In this document: piece after piece, positions 35,514 through 44,763 of the stretch | Position numbering within the stretch: the first letter of the stretch is position 1 | Layout: each line of letters begins with the position of its first letter | Origin: a virus | Taxonomy: Duplodnaviria > Caudoviricetes | IMG/VR virus record: IMGVR_UViG_3300037761_000215 | Span: 1-49,915 of that record | DNA: 49,915 bases | Reading direction: 5' to 3' (one strand) | Program-made: the position numbers and the translations under genes | Notes under the pieces: model-generated | Told to the model about the DNA's origin: nothing | The model's input: the letters and a program-made list of their open reading frames with translations, nothing else | The model's database searches: none

Positions 35514-35749
35514 GCGACCCGGTTGCCATCCCCCACACCGCCCTCACCGCCGCCCTCACCACCTGGGGGGTCGACCCCGCCGACCTGCTCGACCTCACCA
35601 TCCGCGCCACCCGGGACGGCGGCTGGCTACAGGTCACCCGCGCCCGCCGCGACCCCGACGGACATCCGCTGTACGCCGGCGGTGGGCTGGCCACCGTCAC
35701 CGTCATCGTCGGCATCGACCCGGCCACCACCGGAGAGGAGCTGTCGTGA
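35510..35749 (+). CDS. Hypothetical protein
   Basis: ATGA overlap. Confidence 0.6.
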   Translation: MSDPVAIPHTALTAALTTWGVDPADLLDLTIRATRDGGWLQVTRARRDPDGHPLYAGGGLATVTVIVGIDPATTGEELS

Positions 35750-36045
35750 GCAGCATCGCCGAGCGGGTCAACGCGGGTGCGGCCTGGCTGGACGAACACG
35801 AACCCGGCTGGGTGGACCGGATCAACCGGGACCGGCTCGACCTCGAAGACTGCAACCGGTGCGTCGGTGGCCAGCTCGCCGGGTGGTACCACTACTTCCT
35901 GCAGCGGCATGACCTGACCGACGACACTGCGGTCCGACTGGGGTTCGACCACCCGTTGGGCATCAGTGGGGATTTTGACCCGCTGACCGCCGCGTGGCGG
36001 GAGCTGATCGCCACCCGCCACGCCACCCCGGGCGGTGCGCCGTGA
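35746..36045 (+). CDS. Conserved actinophage hypothetical protein
   Basis: RBS GAGGAG; 'RVNAGAAWLDEHEPGW..RI...LDL...CV.GQL'. Confidence 0.75.
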   Translation: MSSIAERVNAGAAWLDEHEPGWVDRINRDRLDLEDCNRCVGGQLAGWYHYFLQRHDLTDDTAVRLGFDHPLGISGDFDPLTAAWRELIATRHATPGGAP

Positions 36046-36158
36046 TGCGCCGGGACCCGACGCTGGCCCGGCACCTGCGCGGCTGGGCCGTACTGACCCT
36101 GTGGTCCGGCGCGGCCGTGGCGGTGGCGCTGGTCATCATCCACGTGGCGGGGTGGTGA
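36045..36158 (+). CDS. 37-aa membrane peptide
   Basis: TGATG and GTGA overlaps; one hydrophobic helix. Confidence 0.55.
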   Translation: MRRDPTLARHLRGWAVLTLWSGAAVAVALVIIHVAGW

Positions 36159-36361
36159 CCGTGGCCATCTCGGCATCGGCCATCCTGCCGCTTGGGGCCA
36201 TCCCAGGTACGACCGTGCGCGGCATCCTGTGCCTCAAGCGGGACGGCGGCGGACTATGTGCGCCAGTCCCCCTAGCCTTCGGGCCGATTTGCGACCGGTG
36301 CTGGATTGAACGCGAAGCGATACGGACCGAGCGGCACTGCCACCACGGCGGTGCGTCGTGA
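36155..36361 (+). CDS. Small hypothetical protein
   Basis: GTGA overlaps; 'CDRC'. Confidence 0.5.
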   Translation: MTVAISASAILPLGAIPGTTVRGILCLKRDGGGLCAPVPLAFGPICDRCWIEREAIRTERHCHHGGAS

Positions 36362-37005
36362 TCCGCCGGCACCTGGCCGTGTGGGCCACCCACCCCACCA
36401 CCCTGGCCATCGGCGGCGCCATCACCGGTACCACCGTCGGGCTGTGGCTGCTGCTGGTCGCCGGCCCCATCCCGCTGCTCGGCGCTGTTTTCATCGTCAC
36501 CCAGCTTCTGATCAGACCCCACCCGGCTCACGTCCGCCGGGTGGCCCCCCAGGCTCCCGCGTCAGGTGTCGTGGTTGCAGCCGGGGTTGCGGCGCCCGCC
36601 CCTGGTTGGGGTGCGGGGGCGGGCGCCGCCAGGCTCCCATTAGGGCCGCTACCCCGTGGCGCAGCTGCGGGGTCAGGGCATGCACTGCCGGCCGGGGTTC
36701 GCCCCGCGAGTGCGGGTAAGGGCGGCCCGCCCACAGGATGCACCATCCTCGCCGTGGCACCGGCAGCCACGGCGAGGCCCAACGCTCCCACCTCGGGCCG
36801 TGCCACTGCGGTAGTGGCAGCGGCGCCGAAGCCACGTAATGGCCGGGCATTAAGCCCGAGGTGGGCCGGCCGGCCGGTGGTGGGTCCCCCCTTCCCCCGG
36901 GGGTCTGCCGCCGGCCGGCATCGCACTGGCGGCACCCAGCTGCCCGCCCGCCCGCGGCAGGTGGTCTACCGGCCCGGCCGGGCGGCCGTGCGAGGTGCGG
37001 CATGA
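36358..37005 (+). CDS. Membrane protein with long low-complexity tail
   Basis: Two TM segments, then Ala/Pro/Gly/Arg sequence over hairpin-rich DNA. Confidence 0.5.
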   Translation: MIRRHLAVWATHPTTLAIGGAITGTTVGLWLLLVAGPIPLLGAVFIVTQLLIRPHPAHVRRVAPQAPASGVVVAAGVAAPAPGWGAGAGAARLPLGPLPRGAAAGSGHALPAGVRPASAGKGGPPTGCTILAVAPAATARPNAPTSGRATAVVAAAPKPRNGRALSPRWAGRPVVGPPFPRGSAAGRHRTGGTQLPARPRQVVYRPGRAAVRGAA

Positions 37006-37023
37006 CTCCCGCCCGGGTCGCAG

Positions 37024-37116
37024 CCCAGCCCGGGCGGGGCGGCTCTCTGGTGGCGGCCGCTGCCACGCAGCCGCTGACGGCCGCCACCAGACACACACCA
37101 GCCCCGCCCGGTTGGG
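37024..37116 (+). other. Long intergenic hairpin
   Basis: 11-bp outer stem (37030-40/37101-11) and 14-bp inner stem (37046-59/37078-91), both perfect. Confidence 0.75.
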
Positions 37117-37149
37117 AGCGGGGCCAGCACATCACCGAAAGGAGCTGCC

Positions 37150-37386
37150 ATGAACAGCCAGACCGAGCCTAGCACCGACCCGCAGTCGGGGCCGGTGGGC
37201 AGCCGCGCCGTCGACCCCCGGTCCCAGGCCGGCCAGTGGACCAGCGCCGACCTGCTCGCCCACTACCAGCGGTTCGCCTGGAGGGTCGAGACCATCCTCG
37301 GCCTCGACGACGACCTGATCAGCGACAGGATGCGGCTGGTGCGCATCACCAGCGCCCACACCCGGCTCACCGAGGACACCCGGTGA
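37150..37386 (+). CDS. Hypothetical protein
   Basis: RBS GAAAGGAG. Confidence 0.7.
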   Translation: MNSQTEPSTDPQSGPVGSRAVDPRSQAGQWTSADLLAHYQRFAWRVETILGLDDDLISDRMRLVRITSAHTRLTEDTR

Positions 37387-37727
37387 GCGGCCAGCTGCTC
37401 GCCACCACCGGCCTCATACTCGGCCGGCTGCTGGACGAGCACCGGCCGGACGCGGCCAGCATCACCCTCCACTACCCGTCCGACCACCCCGAGACGGTGG
37501 ACGCGGCGGCCCGCGCCGCCGGCATCCCCACCGGCATCCGCTCACACGGCCACGGGGTCGACATCCACGTCGCCACCGGCACCCTCGCCGGCGGCAGCGT
37601 CACCCTCAACCTGATGTGCGGCATGCCCGCGGAGACGCTCGCGCAGCGGCACGCCCGGGCCGCGGCCGAGCTGGTCGCGCTGGACCGGGAGATCGCCGCC
37701 AACGGGACCAGGGAGGCCGGCCAATGA
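37383..37727 (+). CDS. Hypothetical protein
   Basis: GTGA overlap. Confidence 0.6.
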   Translation: MSGQLLATTGLILGRLLDEHRPDAASITLHYPSDHPETVDAAARAAGIPTGIRSHGHGVDIHVATGTLAGGSVTLNLMCGMPAETLAQRHARAAAELVALDREIAANGTREAGQ

Positions 37728-37972
37728 TCGTCGACAGCCGGCACGGACTCACTCTCCAGGTCGTCCGGCGCCCCGGCTGGTACTGGCGTCGGTGGCTGTG
37801 GATCGTCCGACGCCCCGGCGGCTGGGCGACCGAAGGTATCGAGGGCCGGGCGTGGACCCGCCGCGGCGCCATCGCCCACGGCAACATCTGCCGGACGCTG
37901 ATGCTGGTCGCCCGCAGCCCGCTCACCACCCGCCGCTCCCAGGACGATTTGGAGGGATGGCGCCATGGCTGA
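37724..37972 (+). CDS. Trp/Arg-rich hypothetical protein
   Basis: RBS GGAGG; ATGA overlap. Confidence 0.6.
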   Translation: MIVDSRHGLTLQVVRRPGWYWRRWLWIVRRPGGWATEGIEGRAWTRRGAIAHGNICRTLMLVARSPLTTRRSQDDLEGWRHG

Positions 37973-38132
37973 GCCGCTGTACACCGACGACACCCGCGCC
38001 GTGGTGGTTGAGGAGATCGCCCGCGACTTCGAGGGCCAGTGCCAGTGCCCCACGCCCGACCCGCCGTGCCTCCACCAGATGGTAGCGGCCATCGTCCGCG
38101 CCCACGCCCGTGAGATCGGGGGCCGGCCGTGA
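37965..38132 (+). CDS. Small hypothetical protein
   Basis: RBS GGAGG; MAEPLYTDD...; fills the gap to whiB. Confidence 0.55.
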   Translation: MAEPLYTDDTRAVVVEEIARDFEGQCQCPTPDPPCLHQMVAAIVRAHAREIGGRP

Positions 38133-38617
38133 TGCGTCTGCCTGAGCTGAACACCCCCCACACCCCCCGCGACCCGGACTGGCGCACATTTGCCGCCTGC
38201 CGGGACGTCGACCCGGAGATCTTCTTCCCCATCGCGGCCGAGCGCGGCGCCAGCGGCCGCCACCCCGACGTGCGACCCGCCGTCGCCATCTGCCGCCGCT
38301 GCCCCGCAGAGGGTGCCTGCCTACGGTGGGCGGTCGACACCGGCCAACGGTGGGGCGTGTGGGGCGGCCGCACCCCGGCCGAACGCACCGGCCGCGCGCT
38401 GGCCACCTGCGGCCAGTGCGGGGAGCTGTTCGCCCCCCACCGCAGCCAGCGGTACTGCGGCCGCGACTGCCAGCGCGCGTCGCTGCTCGACCGGCCACCG
38501 GCGTGCGGCAGCCCCACCGGGGCGCGCAGGCACCGGCTGCGGGGCGAGCCGGTCGACCCGCTGTGCCGGCTCGCAGAGACGCTCACCGCCAGCCAACCAG
38601 AAAGGACACGCTCATGA
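38129..38617 (+). CDS. whiB: WhiB-family transcription factor with C-terminal Zn fingers
   Basis: 'AACRDVDPEIFFP', 'CRRCP....C', 'GVWGG'; then CxxC..YCxxxC and 'CG...H..RGE..D..C'. Confidence 0.92.
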   Translation: MMRLPELNTPHTPRDPDWRTFAACRDVDPEIFFPIAAERGASGRHPDVRPAVAICRRCPAEGACLRWAVDTGQRWGVWGGRTPAERTGRALATCGQCGELFAPHRSQRYCGRDCQRASLLDRPPACGSPTGARRHRLRGEPVDPLCRLAETLTASQPERTRS

Positions 38618-39060
38618 TCCGTATCGTGCTCTTGCTGCTCATCGCCGGCGCCATCGCCGGCCTGTGGTGGTGGTCCGGCATCATCGGCCGCCGCCGCCTC
38701 GATGCCGAAGACCAGGCGCTGCTCGCCCGCACCGAACGACTGCCAGCCGCCGGCGAGCTGACCCCCGCCGGCCCACCATGGCGCACCGCACCCGCCCGCC
38801 CGGCCGGGTGGAGCTGCCCACACTGCGGCATCACCCGCTGCCGCACCGGCCTGGAGGGTGGCAACTGCCTGGTCGACGGGCTCACCCAACGGACCGCCTA
38901 CTGGCGCACGGTGGCGCTCGGGCGGCACGAGCTGAGCGTGGCCGTGGCCCGGTGGATCGCCGGCAGCTGGGGCCAGGAGCCGCTGCCGGTGGCCGTCCGG
39001 CGGCGGCTGGGCTGGCTGGCCGGCACTGACCGGACACCCACGATGGAGGTGCTGGCCTGA
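38614..39060 (+). CDS. Membrane-anchored hypothetical protein
   Basis: RBS GAAAGGA; N-terminal TM segment; 'CPHC'. Confidence 0.65.
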   Translation: MIRIVLLLLIAGAIAGLWWWSGIIGRRRLDAEDQALLARTERLPAAGELTPAGPPWRTAPARPAGWSCPHCGITRCRTGLEGGNCLVDGLTQRTAYWRTVALGRHELSVAVARWIAGSWGQEPLPVAVRRRLGWLAGTDRTPTMEVLA

Positions 39061-39857
39061 TGATTCGCAGAGTCGACCGTGGCCGCAACCACTGGTACGA
39101 GGAAACCGACACCGGGAGTCGAATCCCCGGCGTCACCAAAGCAACAGACAACGGCGTCCCCAAGCCCGCGCTGATCACGTGGGCTGCCAACACCACCGCC
39201 GAATACGCGGTCGACAACTGGGAGCGCCTCAGCGAGTTGGCACCGTCCACGCGGCTCAAAGAGCTACAGGCCGCCCGGTGGGCGGTCAAAGACACCGCCG
39301 CCAACAAGGGCACGGCCGTGCACAAGCTCGCAGAGAAGCTGGTCATGGGTGAGCGGGTCGCCATCCCCGACGGACTGGCCGGACACGTCGATTCCTACGT
39401 ACGGTTCCTCAACGAGTGGGACGTGCAGCCCGTGCTGGTCGAGGTCACCGTCTACAGCCCCACCCATGGCTACTGCGGCACCCTCGACCTGATCGCTGAC
39501 CTGATCGACGCCGACGACCCCGGCCGCAGGCTCCGGTGGCTGCTGGACGTGAAGACCAACCGCAGCGGAATCTACGGTGAGACCGCGCTCCAGGAGGCCG
39601 GCTACCGCCACGCCGAGGTGTACGTCGACGACGACGGCCATGAGCACGACCTGCCCGAGGTCGACATGGTCGGCGCGGTGCACGTCCGGCCGGACGGGTA
39701 CAGCCTGGTCCCGCTGGAGGCCGGCCCGACGCAGCACCGCCAGTTCCTCTACGCCATGCAGATCGCCCAGTTCGTTGAGCACTCCCGGGATCTGGTGGGC
39801 GAGCCGCTGGTGCCGCCGCACACCTCCACCTACCGGCTAGTCAGGGAGGAGACATGA
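39060..39857 (+). CDS. PD-(D/E)xK exonuclease (RecE/Cas4-like)
   Basis: 'PGVT', 'KGTAVH', 'YCGTLDL', 'LLDVKT', 'ALQ..GY'. Confidence 0.88.
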   Translation: MIRRVDRGRNHWYEETDTGSRIPGVTKATDNGVPKPALITWAANTTAEYAVDNWERLSELAPSTRLKELQAARWAVKDTAANKGTAVHKLAEKLVMGERVAIPDGLAGHVDSYVRFLNEWDVQPVLVEVTVYSPTHGYCGTLDLIADLIDADDPGRRLRWLLDVKTNRSGIYGETALQEAGYRHAEVYVDDDGHEHDLPEVDMVGAVHVRPDGYSLVPLEAGPTQHRQFLYAMQIAQFVEHSRDLVGEPLVPPHTSTYRLVREET

Positions 39858-40618
39858 GCACCGCCAACGTCGCCGTCGCACTCGCCAAGGTCCAGGCTGA
39901 GCTGCCCAAGCTAGAGCGTGACCGGACCGTCGAGGTCACCAAAAAGGACGGCGGCACCTACTCCTACAGCTACGTGACCCTGGCCAACCTGAGTGACGCC
40001 ATCCTGCCGCTGCTGGCCAAGCACGGCCTAGCGTTCACCGCCCTGCCCGGCGCCGGCAGCGACGGCAAGATGTGCCTTCGCTACCACCTGCTCCACGAGA
40101 GCGGCGAGACCCTGTCCGGCGAGTTCCCCATCTCCGGCGAAGGTGGAATCCAGATGATCGGCGGCCGCATCACCTATGCCCGCCGCTACTGCCTGGCCGC
40201 GCTGGTCGGCGTGGCCGCAGACGAGGACGACGAGGCGCGGCTGGACGAGGCCAGCCGCGGCACTGCCCAGCGGGCCGGCGGGGTGCCACGCGCCGCCGCG
40301 CCGCGGCCCACCAAGGCGACCGGGCGGACCGCCCAGCGGGCAGCGCCGCCACCACTGCCCAGCGACGGACCTGCAATGATCACCGCCCCGCAGCGGGCCA
40401 AGCTGATGGCCGGGTTCGGCCAGGTCGGCATCTCGGACCGGGCCGAGCGGCTGGACATCGCCACCAGGATCGTCGGCCGGCCCGTCGGCTCAGCCAACGA
40501 GCTGACCCTGACCGAGGCCAAGCTGGTGATCGACGCGCTAGAGAAGGCCATCGCCAGCGACAACCCGGCGTTGGCGCTGGCCGAGATCACCGCGGAGGTG
40601 CCCGATGCCACCACATAG
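39854..40618 (+). CDS. erf: ERF-family ssDNA annealing protein
   Basis: 'YSYVTL...PLLAKHGL', 'ITYARRYCLAALVGVAADEDD'. Confidence 0.92.
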   Translation: MSTANVAVALAKVQAELPKLERDRTVEVTKKDGGTYSYSYVTLANLSDAILPLLAKHGLAFTALPGAGSDGKMCLRYHLLHESGETLSGEFPISGEGGIQMIGGRITYARRYCLAALVGVAADEDDEARLDEASRGTAQRAGGVPRAAAPRPTKATGRTAQRAAPPPLPSDGPAMITAPQRAKLMAGFGQVGISDRAERLDIATRIVGRPVGSANELTLTEAKLVIDALEKAIASDNPALALAEITAEVPDATT

Positions 40619-41096
40619 CCCGCGCGGCATCGGCACCGCTGCCGAGACCGCCGTCGTCCGCCACCTCCACACCGCCGGCTGGCCATCAGCCGAACGCCGC
40701 TCACTGCGCGGACAGCTCGACGCTGGGGACATCACCGGCACCCCCGGCATCTGCTGGTCCGTCAAAGGCGGCCAGGCGGCCAAAACCGCCAGCGACGGTC
40801 AGATCGAAGCCTGGCTGGACGAGGCCGAGAAGCAGAAGACCAACGCCCTGGGCGCCATCGTGTTTCTGCTGGTGGTGCAGCGCAAGGGCATCGGCCCGGC
40901 CAACGCCGGCCGCTGGTGGGCGGTGATGCCCGGCTGGCAGTACGAGTCGCTGTGCTCCGTGCCCCAGCTCTACCGCGTCGGCAACCTGGGCCGCTGGCGC
41001 TTCGGCGACCGCGGGCCGATCCGCATGCACCTGACCCAGGCGTGCGCCCTCCTCAACTACGCCGGCTACGGCACACCGAACGGAGACGCACCATGA
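40605..41096 (+). CDS. Holliday junction resolvase-like protein (Hjc/PD-(D/E)xK)
   Basis: 'GTAAETAVVRHL...AERRSL.G..D.GDI.G.PG...SVK'. Confidence 0.75.
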   Translation: MPPHSPRGIGTAAETAVVRHLHTAGWPSAERRSLRGQLDAGDITGTPGICWSVKGGQAAKTASDGQIEAWLDEAEKQKTNALGAIVFLLVVQRKGIGPANAGRWWAVMPGWQYESLCSVPQLYRVGNLGRWRFGDRGPIRMHLTQACALLNYAGYGTPNGDAP

Positions 41097-41581
41097 CCAG
41101 CTACACCACCGCACCCGCCGTCGAGCGGATCGCCGAGAAGCTGATCGAGCAGCACCACCGGCACCTGCTCGACGTACCCATCCGCTACCTGTGGCGGGAC
41201 AAGGCCGCCAGCAGCAAGGGCAACGTGGTGCTCGGCAAGGCCCGCAAGGTCACCGGCCTACCCGCCCACCTGGTCCACCTGGTCCGCAAGGACGAGCCAC
41301 CCGAGGAGGTGGAGTTCTTCGTGTTGGAGATCGCCGCCGACATGTGGCAGACGCTGACCGAACCGCAGCGGGTGGCGCTGGTCGACCACGAGCTGTGCCA
41401 CCTCGGGGTGGAGATCCCGGAGCGGGCCGACGCCGACCGGAAGCTGGTCATCCGCGGGCACGACCTGGAGGAGTTCGCCGCCGTGGTCGAGCGGCACGGG
41501 CTGTGGCGGCCGGCGATCGAGACGTTCCGCGCGGCGGTGGACGCTCAGCTGACCTTGGACGAGGCGATGCGCGATGGCTGA
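41093..41581 (+). CDS. Putative phage metallopeptidase
   Basis: 'ALVDHELCH...HDLEEF..VVERHG.W'. Confidence 0.85.
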   Translation: MTSYTTAPAVERIAEKLIEQHHRHLLDVPIRYLWRDKAASSKGNVVLGKARKVTGLPAHLVHLVRKDEPPEEVEFFVLEIAADMWQTLTEPQRVALVDHELCHLGVEIPERADADRKLVIRGHDLEEFAAVVERHGLWRPAIETFRAAVDAQLTLDEAMRDG

Positions 41582-41822
41582 GATCGAGTACCTCACCGAC
41601 GACGAGAACGTGTCCGGCGAGTGCCTCCACTTCTGCGCACCCGGCGCGCCCGCGGCGTGTGACAAGTCGTGGTGCGAGTGCGACTGCCACCGCGCCGCCG
41701 AGCTGGATGACCGGCCGGCGGACAAGCTGGCCGCGGTCGCCGCCGAGCTGGCGGCCGAACGCGACGGTGACGTGCGGGATCTGACCGCCGAGAGGTTCGG
41801 CAGTACGAAGGGACCAAAGTGA
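41574..41822 (+). CDS. Small Cys-rich protein
   Basis: 'C...C.....C...WCECDCH'. Confidence 0.6.
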   Translation: MAEIEYLTDDENVSGECLHFCAPGAPAACDKSWCECDCHRAAELDDRPADKLAAVAAELAAERDGDVRDLTAERFGSTKGPK

Positions 41823-43096
41823 ACCAGACAACCACGCTGCCGATCGACCAGATCCGGTACGTCCAGGAATTCCAGCCACGCCTGAAGATCAGCGACGAGC
41901 GGGTGGAGGAGCTTCGGCTATCACTGGAGCAGCTACCGCCCATCGTGGTTGCCCGCGGCTCCATCATCGTCGACGGCTACCACCGCTGGCAGGCTCACGT
42001 ACGCGAGGGTGCGGAGTTCATCGACGTCGACGACCTCGGCGACCTGACCGACGACCAGATCTTCTGGGAGGCCGTAGCTCGCAACGCCGTCGGCCCACTG
42101 CCGCTGTCGACGGCAGACAGGAAGTCCATCGCTGTTGCCAAGTACGAGACGTTCACCCCCAAGGGGGCCGTTGCCGAGTTGGCCGCGCGACTAAAGGTGG
42201 GAGAGACCACGGTTCGGCTGTGGACCAAGAACGCCCGGACCGCTCAGGAGCAGCGCCGCCGTGCTGACGCGTGGTCTCTGTGGCTCGACTGTCTGACGCA
42301 TGAACAGATCGCGGCCGAGCTGGATACTCCTCGCCAGACCATATCGAAGTGGCTAGATGCTCAAAACGGCAACCTTGCCGAACTGAGCAATACCCCACCC
42401 GGGGGCAATTCGGACAGGCCGTGGGGCAGCATCCAGCACTTCGACGTGTGGCAGTTCCCCACCGCCGACCACGATGGTGGCGGCCAGCAGTCCTATTTTG
42501 GTGCGCTGCCGCCCCAAGTGATCGAGAACCTGCTGTGGTTCTGGACCGAGCCCGGCGAAACCGTCGTCGACCTGTTCGCCGGCTCAGGTACGACCGTGGA
42601 CGTCGCCAAGCGGATGGGTCGCCGGGTATGGGCTAGCGACATCCGCGGCAATCACTACAGCCCACACCTGCCCATCCACCAGCACGACGTCACCACCGGT
42701 TGGCCCGACGGCGCACCCCGCAAGGCTGACCTGGTGCTACTGGACCCGCCCTACTGGCGGCAGGCCGCCGGCCGGTACTCCACCGAGCCAGGCGAGATGG
42801 CCGAGATGGACCTCGAGGCCTTCTACGCCGCCTGGCGCACCGTGGTCAAGTCCGCCGTCGAGCGCACCGGGCGGGTGGCGTACATCGTCAGCCCTGCCGA
42901 GGTCAAGGACAGGGACCTCGTAGTCGACTTGGCGGCGGGCATGCTCAGCGTGTTCGCCGACGAGGGCTGGCGGGTCGAGCGGCGAGTCATCGTCACCTAC
43001 CAGACCCAGCAGGCCACCGGACAGCAGGTCGAGTGGGCGCGCGCCAACAAGAAGATGCTCAAGCTGTACCGGGACCTGGTGGTGCTCACGCCATGA
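41819..43096 (+). CDS. ParB-like N-domain + HTH + amino DNA methyltransferase
   Basis: 'LPPIVV...IVDGYHRWQA'; 'VVDLFAGSGT' (motif I); 'LLDPPY' (motif IV). Confidence 0.88.
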   Translation: MNQTTTLPIDQIRYVQEFQPRLKISDERVEELRLSLEQLPPIVVARGSIIVDGYHRWQAHVREGAEFIDVDDLGDLTDDQIFWEAVARNAVGPLPLSTADRKSIAVAKYETFTPKGAVAELAARLKVGETTVRLWTKNARTAQEQRRRADAWSLWLDCLTHEQIAAELDTPRQTISKWLDAQNGNLAELSNTPPGGNSDRPWGSIQHFDVWQFPTADHDGGGQQSYFGALPPQVIENLLWFWTEPGETVVDLFAGSGTTVDVAKRMGRRVWASDIRGNHYSPHLPIHQHDVTTGWPDGAPRKADLVLLDPPYWRQAAGRYSTEPGEMAEMDLEAFYAAWRTVVKSAVERTGRVAYIVSPAEVKDRDLVVDLAAGMLSVFADEGWRVERRVIVTYQTQQATGQQVEWARANKKMLKLYRDLVVLTP

Positions 43097-43740
43097 CCAA
43101 TGAACGGATGGACTGGGCACTGAGCCAGGCGGAACCGGCAACCTACACCGCACTGCGTAGGCACGGGTACGAGGTCCAACGGTACGGACAGGACGACCTG
43201 ATTGCTGCCGCCCGAGAGATGCTGCGGGGAGTTCCGACCCCCGCCCGGTGGCGCCCGGACTTCATCGCCTGCCGCCCCGCCGTTACCGACCGACCCCGCT
43301 GGCCGGACGCCATCCGCAGCAAGTATGCATTCCTGGTAGACGCCAAATACCGCTGGCCGAACAAGCGGAACCACACGATCGAGATGCGCTCGTTGCTCGC
43401 CGCCCCGACCTTCGGTATGGACGTGTTCTACGTCTGCTCCACCCGCCAGGGTGACGAGTGCGTCGACTTCGGCGTCATCCACCACGAGCAGGTCATCCGC
43501 AGCCATCACCGTCCGTGCTGTGCTGTCTGCTGGAAGGCGTTCACCACATCACCCGACCCGATCCGGGAGCTACCGGAGTACTGCCCGAATCAGCAACGCA
43601 ACCGGGAGGCGAGCGGTACACCGTACGTCGTGTTCCCGCCTAGCGAGCTACATCCGCTCAGCGACGGCGTGTTCGACATGCTCAGCCCAGACCAGCTCCG
43701 CAAGCTTGGCCCGCCCTACGGGCTGCGGGAGCGACCATGA
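43093..43740 (+). CDS. PD-(D/E)xK endonuclease-like protein
   Basis: 'WRPDFI...FLVDAK'; ATGA overlap with the MTase. Confidence 0.65.
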   Translation: MTNERMDWALSQAEPATYTALRRHGYEVQRYGQDDLIAAAREMLRGVPTPARWRPDFIACRPAVTDRPRWPDAIRSKYAFLVDAKYRWPNKRNHTIEMRSLLAAPTFGMDVFYVCSTRQGDECVDFGVIHHEQVIRSHHRPCCAVCWKAFTTSPDPIRELPEYCPNQQRNREASGTPYVVFPPSELHPLSDGVFDMLSPDQLRKLGPPYGLRERP

Positions 43741-43825
43741 CCCGCCACCGATCCATCCGGAAGCCCGCACCCGCCACCGCGGAAAGCGCACCGGAACAGC
43801 AACACCAGAAAGGAGCGTCGGCCTA

Positions 43826-44608
43826 GTGCCGTGGTTCCTGGTGGACGACCGATTCCACTCCCATCCCAAAGCGGCAGCCGCGTCGTTGGCCGCGCTCGGG
43901 CTGTGGACAGTGGCCGGATCATGGGCTCGCGACCACCTGCAAGACGGTGAGATCCCCGAGCACATGATCGAGTCGCTGTCCCGCGGCGCGACCGGACTAG
44001 CGGACGAGCTGGTGTCATGCGGGCTGTGGAGGAGGACGAAGGCGGGCTACCGGTACCACCAGTGGACGGCCGACGGGGACGGGTCGCCCCGCAACACGAC
44101 CCGATCGGAAGCGATCGCACAACGCCAACGCAAGTCATCGGGGGGTGCCCTCGGCAACCATCGGAGGTGGCACGCCGCCCGCGGGGTCAACGTGGACGAC
44201 TGCGCCTACTGCCAGCCTAAACGCGGCTCGCCTACCGATCGGACCTCCGATCGGTCTACCGATAGGGGTAGCGATCGGACTCCGAATCCCCCTGTACCTA
44301 TACCTATCCCTACCGGTGGTAAGGGTGGGGGAAAGACCTCACCCACCCCGGCCATCCACAGCCCACCGACCCCCCCTGTGGACAACCAACCCCGGGAACC
44401 CCCGGCACGTCACTGCCCGCGCCACCCTCGCGGCACAACCCGCGACTGCGGGCCGTGCAAAGACGCCCGGCTCGCCCACCAGGCGTGGGAGGCCGAACGG
44501 CAGGCACGGTGGCGCACCGCCGCACGCTGCCCGCAGCATCCCGACCAGCTCGACGGCCACTGCCAGGCCTGCCGCTCCGAGCGGCTCGCCAGAAAGGACC
44601 CACCATGA
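43826..44608 (+). CDS. Replication initiator (actinophage Rep-like)
   Basis: 'PWFLVDDRFHSHPK...LGLW..AGSW.....DG.IP'; internal iterons; C-terminal C/H clusters. Confidence 0.8.
   Translation: MPWFLVDDRFHSHPKAAAASLAALGLWTVAGSWARDHLQDGEIPEHMIESLSRGATGLADELVSCGLWRRTKAGYRYHQWTADGDGSPRNTTRSEAIAQRQRKSSGGALGNHRRWHAARGVNVDDCAYCQPKRGSPTDRTSDRSTDRGSDRTPNPPVPIPIPTGGKGGGKTSPTPAIHSPPTPPVDNQPREPPARHCPRHPRGTTRDCGPCKDARLAHQAWEAERQARWRTAARCPQHPDQLDGHCQACRSERLARKDPP
44231..44278. repeat. Four 12-bp iteron-like repeats (putative origin)
   Basis: cctaccgatcgg / acctccgatcgg / tctaccgatagg / ggtagcgatcgg. Confidence 0.75.
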
Positions 44609-44763
44609 CACTCAAACTCACCGCCAAGTGCACCGCCTGCAAGCACACCTGGACCATGACGCCGGAGCAGATCCGAGAAGCTCAGGACGTCGGGGTTGCG
44701 TGGTCGCCGTGCTGCAACACGATCGCGGTCGTGGACCGCGCCGCAGGAAAGGTCACCCGATGA
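44605..44763 (+). CDS. Small Zn-ribbon protein
   Basis: RBS AAAGGA; 'CTAC...SPCC'. Confidence 0.6.
   Translation: MTLKLTAKCTACKHTWTMTPEQIREAQDVGVAWSPCCNTIAVVDRAAGKVTR

Noticed and set aside
36787-36865. Pistol-ribozyme resemblance (GCCACG..TTAAGCCC)
   Set aside because: The segment complementary to CCCGAG is not in the loop of a P1 stem, so the topology does not fit.
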